Below, piece after piece: positions 10,342 through 21,355 of a DNA stretch of 64,000 nt; position 1 is the stretch's first letter, and the number at the start of each line of letters is the position of its first letter. Source of the stretch: Nitrospirota bacterium (lineage in GTDB: Bacteria > Nitrospirota > JACRHJ01); the NCBI GenBank assembly GCA_963845245.1, contig CAWJRJ010000019.1, positions 1,305 through 65,304 of the forward strand, given 5' to 3'. The notes beneath the pieces are model-generated. The model did not search any database and had not been told where the DNA came from. It saw only the letters and a program-made list of their open reading frames with translations. A program made the position numbers and the translations under genes.

Positions 10342-11256
10342 ATGTCGGCAAAGATAATCGACGGAAATGCAATAATGGAGGAGATCAAGTTAGAGATCAT
10401 TAAAGAGGTCGAGGCCCTCAAGGCCAAGGGCATCGTCCCCGGCATCGCCACCCTGCTCGTCGGCGACAACTTCGGCGCCAAGATGTACCGCGGCCAGGTC
10501 GAGAAGAACTGCGCCGAGGTCGGCTTTACATATGTAAACTGCAACCCGCCCGCAGACGCGACCGAGGCCCAGGTTGTCGAAGAGGTAAAGAAGCTGAACG
10601 CCGACAAGACCGTGTCGGGCATGCTGCCGCTTCGGCCGTTCCCGGAGCAGATAAGCGACTCCGCAATCATAAATTCCATCGACGTCAACAAGGACATCGA
10701 CTGCTTCCACCCCTACAACATGGGCAGGATAGCCCTGGGCGAGCCCGGCTTCCCGCCCGCGACTGCCGCCGCCTGCATCGAGATGCTCGACCGCCTGGGC
10801 GTTGATTTCACCGGCGCGGAGATATGCGTCGTGGGACATAGCAACATCGTCGGCAAGCCCGCGATGCTGCTCGCGCTCAACCGCAACGCCACCACGTCCA
10901 ACGTGCATGTGTTCACCTCGCAGAAGGGCAACACCCAGAAGCACACCCTCGGCGCGGACATACTCATCGTGGCCGCTGGCAAGGCTGGCCTCGTGACGAA
11001 GGACATGGTAAAGCCCGGCGCGATAGTCATCGACGTGGGCATCAACCGCCTCAAGGTGCTGGACGCGGACGGCAAGGAAGTGCTGAACGACAAGGGCAAG
11101 CCGAAGATCAAGACTGTCGGCGACGTCGATTTCGACAACGTCAAGGAAGTGGCCTCCGCCATATCCCCGGTCCCCGGCGGCGTCGGAAGCGTCACGAACA
11201 TGATGCTGATGAAGAACGCGCTTCGCGCCTGCAAGTTGCAGCACGGAATGGCGTAA
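10342..11256 (+). CDS. folD: Methylene-THF dehydrogenase (FolD family, likely monofunctional)
   Basis: KDIDCFHP, GHSNIVGKP, VIDVGIN, GDVDF, SPVPGGVG motifs. Confidence 0.93.
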   Translation: MSAKIIDGNAIMEEIKLEIIKEVEALKAKGIVPGIATLLVGDNFGAKMYRGQVEKNCAEVGFTYVNCNPPADATEAQVVEEVKKLNADKTVSGMLPLRPFPEQISDSAIINSIDVNKDIDCFHPYNMGRIALGEPGFPPATAAACIEMLDRLGVDFTGAEICVVGHSNIVGKPAMLLALNRNATTSNVHVFTSQKGNTQKHTLGADILIVAAGKAGLVTKDMVKPGAIVIDVGINRLKVLDADGKEVLNDKGKPKIKTVGDVDFDNVKEVASAISPVPGGVGSVTNMMLMKNALRACKLQHGMA

Positions 11257-11272
11257 TCTTTAATTCCAAATT

Positions 11273-11299
11273 GTAGGGGCCGACCTTCGTGTCGGCCCT
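11273..11299. repeat. GTAG-type REP element
   Basis: GTAGGGGCCGACCTTCGTGTCGGCCCT; further copies at 23664, 58633, 58685 (inverted) and 61702. Confidence 0.85.
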
Positions 11300-11305
11300 T
11301 TCTTA

Positions 11306-11335
11306 AAAAGGCGGCCCAAACGGGCCGCCTTTTTT
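11306..11335 (+). terminator. Intrinsic terminator
   Basis: AAAAGGCGGCCC-aaac-GGGCCGCCTTTTTT. Confidence 0.8.
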
Positions 11336-11495
11336 ACGCAAGTGCTGCGACTGAAACTCATCCCCTCTTCTCCACCCGATACCTTATTCGCCAGACTGGA
11401 AGAGCGACAATTCAAAATCTTCTGATATACTTATTTATTGATAATGGACTGGACAGGGTTTACTGTCCGCATGTAATCAACTGGATAAGGGAGGT

Positions 11496-11918
11496 ATGGC
11501 CATGAAAAAGATAGTTGTCTCACTTTTTGCTTTGCTCCTGGCCTTGGGTGCGTCTTATAGCTTTGCCGAGACGGGTGGCGGGATGGCAGGGGAAAAGAAA
11601 GGCGAGCCCAGCGGCATGACGATGGAGCACAAGGGGACGATGAAGGAAGGCATGATGAGCCATGACGAGATGATGGACCACATGATGGAGATGATGAAAC
11701 ACATGTCGGGCATGATGGACAAGATGTCCGGCATGATGAAGACCATGCCTAAGGATAAAATGGAGAAGATGCACAAAATGATGGGCGAGATGTCGGCCCA
11801 GATAAAGCACATGGACAAGATGATGAAGACAGGGACGGGTACGAAAAAAGATAAGACGGAGATGCAGAAGAGGAAGGACCAGATGGACAAGATACTGCAT
11901 GAGTTGGAGACGCAATAG
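11496..11918 (+). CDS. Secreted Met/His-rich putative copper-binding protein
   Basis: Signal peptide, about 30 Met in 140 aa (MM pairs, HMM), directly upstream of a Cu-ATPase. Confidence 0.75.
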   Translation: MAMKKIVVSLFALLLALGASYSFAETGGGMAGEKKGEPSGMTMEHKGTMKEGMMSHDEMMDHMMEMMKHMSGMMDKMSGMMKTMPKDKMEKMHKMMGEMSAQIKHMDKMMKTGTGTKKDKTEMQKRKDQMDKILHELETQ

Positions 11919-11921
11919 GGG

Positions 11922-14170
11922 ATGAATAAGGCCGGGACTAACACAACCTATACCTGCCCGATGCATCCCGAGGTGAGGCAGGCGGGTCCGGGCCCATGCC
12001 CGAAATGCGGCATGGCGCTTGAACCTGTCTCCCCCTACCCACCCCTGCCAGGACCGAATGGACATGCCCCATGCACCCGGAAGTAGTCAGGGATGCGCCC
12101 GGCAGCTGCCCTATATGCGGGATGGCCCTGGAGCCCCGGACAACCGTGCCCGAGGAAGAGGAGAACCCGGAACTCGTTAGCATGAGACGACGGTTCTGGG
12201 TGAGCCTGGCGCTCAGCCTGCCGCTGTTTGTTATGGAAATGGGCCCCCATGTTATACCCGGTTTCAACCCCAGGGAGCTGTTACCGCCCGTCATACTTAA
12301 ATGGGCTGGCTTCGCCCTTGCCACCCCAGTAGTCCTTTGGGGAGGCATGCCCTTCTTCGTGCGATTTTGGCAGTCGGTCCGTACTTGGAACCCCAACATG
12401 TTCACGCTAATAGGGCTCGGCGTGGGCGTCGCATACGGTTACAGCCTTGTGGCTGTTTTTTTCCCGGGTATATTCCCCGCTTCTTTCCGCGTAGAAGGCG
12501 GCGAGGTCGGCACTTATTTCGAGGCGGCGGCCGTTATAACTACCTTGGTGCTTCTGGGCCAGGTGCTCGAACTGAAGGCCAGGAGCCAGACCGGGGCCGC
12601 CATAAAGAAACTGCTCGGCATGGCGCCCAAGACCGCCCGGAGGGTCGGCATGGACGGGAGCGAGGAGGACGTCCCGCTCGAACAGGTAAATCCCGGCGAC
12701 CTCCTCCGTGTGCGTCCGGGCGAGAAGGTCCCGGTTGACGGGGTAGTCGTTGAGGGCTCAAGCTCCGTGGACGAGTCCATGGTTACCGGCGAGCCGATCC
12801 CTGTGCAAAAACAAAAGGACGACAAGGTCATAGGCGCGACAGTTAACAGCACCGGCTCGTTCATCATGCGGGCCGAGAGGGTTGGCGCGGAGACCCTGCT
12901 CGCGCAGATAGTACGGATGGTCGCAGATGCCCAGCGGAGCCGCGCTCCTATACAGAGGCTGGTGGACATAGTCGCGGCCTATTTCGTCCAGGTAGTCGTG
13001 TCTATCGCCGTATTGACCTTCATAGTCTGGGCGGTGTTCGGCCCGGAGCCGCGCTTTACGCTCGCCCTTATCAACGCGGTGGCAGTGCTGATAATAGCCT
13101 GCCCGTGCGCTCTCGGACTCGCGACGCCTATGTCCATAATGGTGGCGACCGGCAAGGGGGCGACGGCGGGAGTCCTGTTTAAGAATGCCGAAGCGATTGA
13201 AATAATGAAGAAGGTTAATACCCTGGTAGTTGACAAGACCGGCACGCTAACCATCGGCAAGCCGAAGCTGGTAGAGGTCGTAACCGCCGAAGGCTTTGAC
13301 GAAGGCTCGCTTCTCTACTACGCGGCGTCCATAGAAAAGGGCAGCGAGCACCCGCTTGCGGCGGCGATAGTAGGCGGGGCGGAGGAACGGGATGTGAAGC
13401 CGGGCAAGGTTGAGTCTTTCGAGTCCAGGACCGGCCGGGGCGTCACCGGCAAGGTGGACGGGCATGACGTGGCGTTCGGGAACCTCAAGCTGCACGAAGA
13501 GCTTGGCGTCAACATGACAGGGCTTACAGAAAAGGCGGACAGGATGCGGAGGGACGGCCAGACGGTGATGTTCCTCGCGGTTGACGGAAAACCGGCCGGG
13601 CTCATAGGCGTAGCCGACCCCATAAAGGATACCACCCCGAAAGCCATAAAGGAGCTCCACGAGGAAGGCGTCCGCATCGTGATGCTGACAGGCGACAACC
13701 GTACCACCGCGGAGGCGGTTGCGGGCAGGCTTGGCATTGACGAGGTCGTCGCCGAGGTCCTGCCCGACCAGAAGGCTGAGACGGTAAAGCGTTTACAGGG
13801 TGAAGGCCGGATGGTGGCCATGGCGGGTGACGGCGTGAACGACGCGCCCGCCCTCGCGCAGGCGCATGTGGGGATAGCGATGGGGACGGGCACCGACGTG
13901 GCAATGGAGAGCGCCGGAGTTACGCTTGTGAAGGGAGACCTGGGAGGCATTGTCCGCGCAAGGCGTCTTTCCCGGGCGACGATGCGGAACATAAAGCAAA
14001 ACCTCTTCTTCGCATTTGTCTACAACTCGCTCGGCATACCTGTTGCCGCAGGCGTCCTCTATCCGTTCTTCGGCATCCTGCTCAGCCCCATCTTCGCTGC
14101 GGCAGCGATGAGCTTCAGTTCGGTTTCGGTCGTTGGTAATGCGCTCAGGCTGAGAAAGGTCAGATTATAA
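11922..14170 (+). CDS. copA: Copper-translocating P1B-type ATPase (frameshift near 12040)
   Basis: Two N-terminal (Y/W)TCPMHP...CPxCGMALEP domains; [26 protein letters not shown] and MxxSS motifs. Confidence 0.93.
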
Positions 14171-14182
14171 GGCGACAGATCC

Positions 14183-15371
14183 TCATCTCCTCTTTTCCTT
14201 CCCCACCATAATACTGAACACCAGAAACATCACCGCCGACAACGCCCCCGTACCCGCGCCGTAATAGAACGTGGCCGCAGGCGAGACGTGGTCCCAGAGC
14301 CAGCCCCCGATTATGCTCGCAGGAAGAAGCGCAACACCGAGCGCCATGTTGTAGATGCCGAAGGCGGTCGCCTTGAACTCCGCCGGAATGATGGTCGCTA
14401 AGATATGCCTTCTGCACGCCCTCGGTAAGCCCCATGAAGATGCCGTACATAGCCCGAACAGCAGCCAGATCATCGACTTTGTATCCGCCACCGCGAAGCC
14501 GTAATAGACTGCGGTGAAAAGGATGAAGCCCGCCATGATAACGCGCTTGCGCCCGAACATGTCTGAAGCCATACCGGCTGGTATGGCAGAGAACGAATAG
14601 ACCAGGTTGAACGTCAGATAGATAATTGGGATTGTAACGGCGGGGATACCCACCTGCTGCGCCCGGAGGATAAGGAATACGTCGCTTGAGTTGCCAAGCG
14701 AGAATATTGCAACAATCAGGACAAAGGCCTTGAACTTCCCGTTAAGACTCGCAAGTCTAAACTCCGGTTTGACATGTCCGGGTTTCTCCGCAGGCCGCGC
14801 CTTCTCCTTGATAAAGAATATGATGCATACAACGGCGATAACCGCAGGGACCATGGCGAGCCAGAAGACCTTCCTGTAGTCTTCATGGAGGAGCGTTAGC
14901 AGGAAGAATGCCAGACCGGGGCCGACTACCGCACCGACGGTATCCATGGCGCGGTGGAACCCGAATGCTGTTCCGACACTCTTCTGCTCGGTGGACTCTG
15001 CTATTATCGCGTCCCTGGGCGCGGTGCGGACACCCTTGCCGAGCCTGTCAATGAACCGTGCCTCCCAGGACATGATGCCAGCCGGTGGCCATGGCTATTA
15101 TCGGGCGGCTCAGGGTGGATATGGAATAGCCCGCAAGCATCAGCCCCTTGCGGCGGCCTATCTTGTCCGAGAACCAGCCCGAGAAAACCTTCAATACGCT
15201 GGCGGTCGACTCCGCAACACCTTCTATCAGCCCGATTAGCGACTTGTTCACCCCAAGCACGTTCGCCAGGAAAAGCGGCATCAGCGGGTATATCATCTCC
15301 GAGCTGATGTCCATGAACAGGCTGACAATCCCGGCCGCGTATACGTTCTTACCAAGCTTAAATGGCTTCAT
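14183..15371 (-). CDS. MFS transporter (frameshifts near 15060, 14450, 14400)
   Basis: GWFSDKIGRRK motif A, DRLGKGVRTAPRDA, SDMFGRKR. Confidence 0.88.
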
Positions 15372-15498
15372 ATTAAAAATATCCTTGACAATAAGTGCTT
15401 TTTTTCATAATGTTTTAAAAATTTACTGGATTATAGCCGAAAAAGCAAATATTCAGGCACAAAATATTCAAGTACTGATAATTATCAAGGGAGAACGG

Positions 15499-15987
15499 AT
15501 GTCGGGGAGAACGGCTGGATTACGCGAAGAGATAGCGCTCGAATACAGGAAACATTGCAGCAACTGCACAGGCTCATGCTGCAACCAGGAGCTTGAGGAA
15601 GGGTTCGTCGCCTTTAAGTGGGAACTCGACGTAATATCGAAGGACAGCAGCCATATAGCCGAAAACATAGGGAACAGCATCAGGCTCATGCCCTTCAGCA
15701 AGGACAGCAGGTGCCACTTCTCCGGCAGCAACGCATGCAGCCTGACGCTTGCCGAGAGGCCGCTCGACTGCCTGACCTACCCGGTCTACCCGAAGATAAG
15801 GCTCCACGAGGATGGAAAAAAGGAAGTGGAAGGTCTGGTCGTAAGAGAGGGCTGCCGCAGCCTCAAAGGTATTACGGAAGACACCAAGCTCATGAACCAT
15901 ATCAAAGAGTTCTGGAATATCGAGATCGAGGGTATAGACACCGAAGAACTGACGGAGTGGTGCAATAACCTGGGATTTCCGACGTAA
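15499..15987 (+). CDS. YkgJ-like cysteine-cluster protein
   Basis: CSNCTGSCC...CHF...CSL...RPLDCLTYP pattern; ATG at 15499 follows AAGGGAG. Confidence 0.72.
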   Translation: MSGRTAGLREEIALEYRKHCSNCTGSCCNQELEEGFVAFKWELDVISKDSSHIAENIGNSIRLMPFSKDSRCHFSGSNACSLTLAERPLDCLTYPVYPKIRLHEDGKKEVEGLVVREGCRSLKGITEDTKLMNHIKEFWNIEIEGIDTEELTEWCNNLGFPT

Positions 15988-15998
15988 CAAATATAGGT

Positions 15999-16832
15999 TC
16001 AGCGTATCGCGTTCACCACCAGTACGGCGCAACCGGAGTTCCCAACAACTTTTTCTACTATGCTTCCCATGACGAACCTCGTAAACGCTGTCTTCCCGTA
16101 AGCTCCCATGACTATCAAGTCCGCGCCCATACCTTCGGCTGACTCCAATATCGAATCATACGGCTTCCCGACAGTAGTAATGGCCTCCGCCTCAACCCCT
16201 TCCAGACGGGCCTGCTCCACTACATTGTTTGCATTTTCCTCGACTACGGACCGTTCGCTTTCGTTAGACATCACGGATAACGCAATGAGCCTGCTCCCGC
16301 ACCGTTTGGCAAGGGAGACCGCAGCGATAGCCGCACCCCGGCTGTGGGCAGAGCCGTCCGTGGCTACGAGGACAGTCTTGCACCCGAAGCTTGCGGAACC
16401 CGGGACCACAAGCACATTACGCTGCGCATTCCCTATGACTTTCGATACGACAGAGCCGATCAACGTCTTCTGTAGCCAGTTAAGGCCGCGCCGACCTACG
16501 ATAATCAGGTCAATGTCTCTTTTTTCCGCTTCCTGAACGATTTTGGCATAAGCGTCGCCGCGCACGATTATTGTCTCGCATTTTACGCCTTCCTTCGCCG
16601 CGGCGGCCTTTACGGCTTCAAGCTGTTTTTTGACCTCCGCTGTATTCATATCCGGGACACGGGCAACCTGGCCCGTTATTCCGATTACGGACATTACATA
16701 AAGCGTGCTGGAACATTTTTTAGCAAGGCTTATAGCCTCACGGGCCGCCCCTTCGCTGTGAGTAGATCCATCAAAGGCAAGAAGGAGCCTCCGCAGCGCC
16801 GTTACCGGGCAGTATTTTTCGCTTCTTGGCAT
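15999..16832 (-). CDS. Tandem universal stress protein
   Basis: Two USP domains (LLLAFDGS...DLIIVGRRG...GSV; VLVATDGS...DLIVMG...GSI). Confidence 0.9.
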   Translation of the reverse strand: MPRSEKYCPVTALRRLLLAFDGSTHSEGAAREAISLAKKCSSTLYVMSVIGITGQVARVPDMNTAEVKKQLEAVKAAAAKEGVKCETIIVRGDAYAKIVQEAEKRDIDLIIVGRRGLNWLQKTLIGSVVSKVIGNAQRNVLVVPGSASFGCKTVLVATDGSAHSRGAAIAAVSLAKRCGSRLIALSVMSNESERSVVEENANNVVEQARLEGVEAEAITTVGKPYDSILESAEGMGADLIVMGAYGKTAFTRFVMGSIVEKVVGNSGCAVLVVNAIR

Positions 16833-17019
16833 ATATCTTTCCTTTTATAAGAAGAGAATTGTTGGAATAAATTGATCTGTTTTCTTTACCGTGCAGGTAA
16901 ACAAATACCTTATTCGTGGTGTTCCTGTTGCTTCCCCTGTTGCTTCCATTGGCTCGTTTTAAATTGATGGAAATCCTACTAAAACAATTACCCATTGTCA
17001 AGGAAAACCGCCTAAAACC

Positions 17020-17049
17020 TTGACATTATCTGCCTTTAAATGATATTAT
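17020..17049 (+). promoter_or_regulatory. Putative sigma70 promoter of ileS operon
   Basis: TTGACA-18 nt-TATTAT with extended TG. Confidence 0.55.
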
Positions 17050-17083
17050 CCCCAATTCAAGATTATCTTACCAGAGGGGCATA

Positions 17084-19923
17084 ATGGATTATAAAGACAC
17101 GCTTAACCTGCCGAACACCGAGTTCCCCATGAAGGCCAACCTGGCCGTGCGCGAGCTCGAATTCCTTAAATCATGGCGCGAGAATAATATCTACGGCAAG
17201 CTGCGCGACAGGGACAAGGACAGGCCGTCCTTCATCCTGCACGACGGCCCGCCCTATGCCAACGGACATATACACATCGGCCACGCCCTGAACAAGATAC
17301 TCAAGGACATCATCGTAAAATCAAAGTCCATGGAGGGCAAGGGCGCGCCATACGTGCCGGGCTGGGACTGCCACGGCCTGCCCATCGAGCTTCAGGTGGA
17401 CAAGGACTTGAAAGGCAAGAAGGAGACGATGGCCCCGGGCGAGTTCCGCCTGCACTGCCGCGAGTATGCCGCGAAGTTCGTGGAGATCCAGAAGGAGGAG
17501 TTCGTCCGCCTCGGCGTGCTGGGCGACTGGGACAACCCGTACCTCACGATGAACTACCCCTACGAGGCCGCAATCGTGCGCGAGTTCGGCAAGTTCGTCG
17601 GCAACGGCGGCGTATACAAGGGCAAGAAACCGATTCACTGGTGCGCATCCTGCGTCACGGCCCTGGCCGAGGCCGAGGTGGAGTACGCGGACCACTCCTC
17701 GCCTTCGGTCTTCGTGAAGTTCGCGCTTGAGGACTCGCTGGCTGCGTTCGCATCAGAACAACCCCGCCGCAGAGAAAACCATAAAGGCGTTACGGGACGC
17801 CGCAAAGGGCAGGCCGGTCTTCGCCGTCATATGGACGACAACACCCTGGACCCTGCCAGCGAACCTCGCGCTCTCGGTACATCCGGACTTCGAGTACATA
17901 CTTGCAGACGCGGGAGACAAGGGACTGCTTCTCCTCGCGAAGGAGCTTGCCGACTCCGCGATGCAGAAGTTCGGCGTCGAGGGCTACACCACACTGCTCA
18001 TGGTAAAAGGTAGCGAGCTTGAGGGCCTTAACTTCAGGCACCCGTTCATAGACCGTCTCTCGCCCGTACTGGTCGGGACGCATGTAACGCTCGAAGCCGG
18101 TACAGGCATCGTACATACCGCGCCCGGCCACGGGCAGGAGGACTACGAGATAGGCCTCAAGTACGGCCTCGACGTATACGCGCCGGTCAACGACAAGGGC
18201 GTCTTCAACAAGGATGTCGAGTTCTTCGCCGGTACCCACGTATTCAAGGCGAACGTGCCTATCATAGAAAAGCTTACCGAGGTTGGCGCGCTGCTCGCAT
18301 CCGAGAAGGTGTCGCACTCATACCCGCACTGCTGGCGTTGCAAGAACCCCGTGCTGTTCCGCGCGACGGAGCAGTGGTTCATCTCCATGAACACGAACGA
18401 CCTCCAGAAGAAGGCGATGGAGTACATCGACAAGGTCGAGTGGATCCCCAAATGGGGCAAGGACCGCATCCAGGGTATGGTAGGGAACAGGCCCGACTGG
18501 TGCATCTCGCGCCAGCGCTCATGGGGCGTGCCGATCACGATATTCAAGTGCGCCGACTGCGGCGAGCTTCTGATGGACCAGTCGCTTGTCGAGCACGTGG
18601 CGGACATGATGGAGCAAAAAGGCGCGGATATATGGTTCACGCTTGAAGCGCACTGCCTCATGCCCAAGGGCACGAAATGCCCCAAGTGCAGCGGCGAGAA
18701 GTTCGAGAAGGAGACGGACATACTGGACGTCTGGTTCGACTCCGGCGTCAGCCAGGCGGCGGTACTCAAGCAGCGGCCCGACCTCTCATGGCCGGCCGAC
18801 CTCTACCTCGAAGGCAGCGACCAGCACAGGGGCTGGTTCCAGAGCTCGCTCCTGACATCCGTCGGCACGGTAGGAGTTGCCCCATTCCGCTCGGTGCTCA
18901 CCCACGGCTTCACGGTGGACGGCTCAGGCAAGAAGATGTCCAAGTCTATAGGAAACACCGTCGATGCCCCAGAAGGTCATAGACCAGTACGGTGCCGATG
19001 TGCTAAGGCTTTGGGTCTCTGCATCGGACTATACCGAAGACATGAGGATATCGGACGAGATACTTAAGCGGCTGTCCGAGGCCTATCGCAGGATAAGGAA
19101 CACCGCGCGTTACATACTCGGCAACCTGACACGGTTTTCGCCCCGAGAAGGACGGCGTCCCGTACGACTACATGCTCGAGATAGACCGCTGGGCGCTCCA
19201 CCGTTTCCAGGTGCTGAACCGCAGGGTCATCCAGGCCTACGACGACTACGAGTTCCACATGATATACCACAGCCTGCACAACTTCTGCTCCGTGGACATG
19301 AGCGCGTTCTACCTCGACGTCCTCAAGGACAGGCTCTACACCTCCAAGCCGGAAAGCGTCGAGCGGCGCTCGGCCCAGACCGCCATGTTCCACATCCTCT
19401 CGGGGATGATGCGGCTCATGGCCCCGGTGCTCTCGTTCACGGCCGAGGAGGTCTGGGCGTTCCTGCCGGACTACCCGGGCAAGGAGGAGAGCGTGCACCT
19501 GGCGGCTTCCCGGAGCTGAACGACGATTGGGAGAACAAGGGCCTTGAGGAGCGCTGGGACAGGATACTTGCGGTCAGGGGCGAGACGTCGAAGGTGCTGG
19601 AGAAGATTCGCGCCGACAAGGTCATCGGCCACTCGCTCGACGCGCACGTGGACATATACGCGGACGCGGACCTTTACGAGTTTCTTAAGGTCTATGAAAG
19701 CGAGCTTGCCGGACTCTTCATAGTGTCAGAGGTGGAACTGCACCCCGAGGCAGATGCGCCTGAAGGCGTATATGCCAGCGATACGGTTGCCGGGCTTAAG
19801 GTAGGCGCGTCGCCCGCAACCGGGCTTAAATGCGAGCGGTGCTGGTGCAAGAAGAAGGATGTGGGATTGAACGCCAAACATCCGGCCCTCTGTGCGCGCT
19901 GCGCATCGGTCCTTTCGGAATAG
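17084..19923 (+). CDS. ileS: Isoleucine--tRNA ligase (several frameshifts)
   Basis: [56 protein letters not shown]-terminal CERCW...CARC zinc finger. Confidence 0.96.
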
Positions 19924-19932
19924 AGAAAAACC

Positions 19933-20421
19933 TTGTCAACGAACACCAAAAGTAAGATAATACTAATTATCGTAGCTTCGGTATATCTGCTGGACAGGCT
20001 TACGAAGCTGATGATAGTTGAAAAGATTAGGCTTTTTGACTCTGTAACGGTTATAAAGGGCTTTTTTGAGCTGACCAACGTACGGAACACCGGGGCCGCG
20101 TTCAGCCTGTTTGCACAGGCAGGGGATGGTTTCAGGGTCCCGTTCCTGGTAGCGAGTTCGGTCGCGGCCATCCTGTTGCTGCTCTACTTCATGAGGAAGG
20201 TGGACCCGCGGGAGACGCTGGTGGTAGCCGCGCTTGCCATGATACTCGGCGGTGCGCTTGGCAACCTGACGGACCGCCTGATATACGGTTACGTTATAGA
20301 CTTCATAAACTGGCATATAGGCGCGCATTACTGGCCCGCCTTCAACATAGCGGACTCCGGCATAACCGTCGGGGTATGCATTCTGGGCATCGAGATAGCC
20401 CTGAGGAAGAAAACAATCTGA
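19933..20421 (+). CDS. lspA: Lipoprotein signal peptidase II
   Basis: NTGAAFS, GALGNLTDR, VIDFI, FNIADS motifs. Confidence 0.95.
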   Translation: MSTNTKSKIILIIVASVYLLDRLTKLMIVEKIRLFDSVTVIKGFFELTNVRNTGAAFSLFAQAGDGFRVPFLVASSVAAILLLLYFMRKVDPRETLVVAALAMILGGALGNLTDRLIYGYVIDFINWHIGAHYWPAFNIADSGITVGVCILGIEIALRKKTI

Positions 20422-20455
20422 CCCGCATCGTTATTTCTATTCGCGGGAGGCGTTA

Positions 20456-21355
20456 ATGGAAAAAGATACCAAATACTACTACAACAAAGGCGTAGCCATC
20501 CTGGAAGAGGGCAACTGGCTGATGGCCGTCCAGCTCTTCAAAAAATGCCTTGAGATGGACCCGACCTTCACGCCGGCCATGCACGAGCTCGCCGACATAT
20601 ATTACACCAACGGCCAGTACGATGCCGCAGCCGTGATCCTGAAGGATGCCATCGTGGCAGACCCCAAGGACTTCGACGCCAATTTCGCGCTTGGCAACAT
20701 ATACTTCGCACAGGAGAAGTACACCGACGCCCTGCGGCTTTTCAAGAGGCTGGAGCAGGAGGCGGCGGAGTTCACCCCGGAACTGAACTACAACATCGGG
20801 ATGACATACAAGAACCTGAACATGCCCGACCTGGCCCTGCAGTACCTCAACTCCGCCATCGAAGAGGACCCGTCCTACTACGAATGTCTGGAGCCAATTG
20901 CGAAGCTGCACCTTGACGCCGGAAAGCTTGAAGAGGCCAAGAAGGCCCTCAACGAGGGCCTCGATGCAGACCCCGGCAACATAAACCTGCACCACATGCT
21001 CGGGCTGGTCTACTCCAAGGAGCTTTCATGGAAGGCGGCCATCGAGGAATGGGAGACTGTCCTGAAACTCGCCCCCGATACGGACGACACCCTCAGGGAA
21101 CTTGGCTGGGCCTTCAACATGTCCGGGGACTATGAAAACGCGGTAACCTCCCTCAAAAAGGCGATCGAGATGAACCCGGAGAACCTCCAGGCGCGCATAG
21201 ACCTGGGCGCGGTGTTCATGAGCAACCTGAAGTTCGAGGAAGCAATAGACGAATGGGAGAAGGCCAAGAAAGACGACCCCGCCAACCCGCTTATCAAGAA
21301 GTTCCTTTCCGACGCGCAGGCCCTTCGGCATAAAGAAGGAAAAGGCAGCGACTGA
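20456..21355 (+). CDS. Tetratricopeptide repeat protein
   Basis: Repeating 34 aa TPR pattern throughout; no signal peptide. Confidence 0.88.
   Translation: MEKDTKYYYNKGVAILEEGNWLMAVQLFKKCLEMDPTFTPAMHELADIYYTNGQYDAAAVILKDAIVADPKDFDANFALGNIYFAQEKYTDALRLFKRLEQEAAEFTPELNYNIGMTYKNLNMPDLALQYLNSAIEEDPSYYECLEPIAKLHLDAGKLEEAKKALNEGLDADPGNINLHHMLGLVYSKELSWKAAIEEWETVLKLAPDTDDTLRELGWAFNMSGDYENAVTSLKKAIEMNPENLQARIDLGAVFMSNLKFEEAIDEWEKAKKDDPANPLIKKFLSDAQALRHKEGKGSD

Noticed and set aside
16924-16947. 12 bp tandem duplication CCTGTTGCTTCC x2 and ORF 16771..17001
   Set aside because: Only two units, no supporting context; the ORF lacks an RBS and recognisable features.
17084-19923. Programmed frameshifting or true pseudogenisation of ileS and other split genes
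   Set aside because: Breaks are numerous, lack consistent slippery motifs and hit essential genes; sequencing indels are far more parsimonious.
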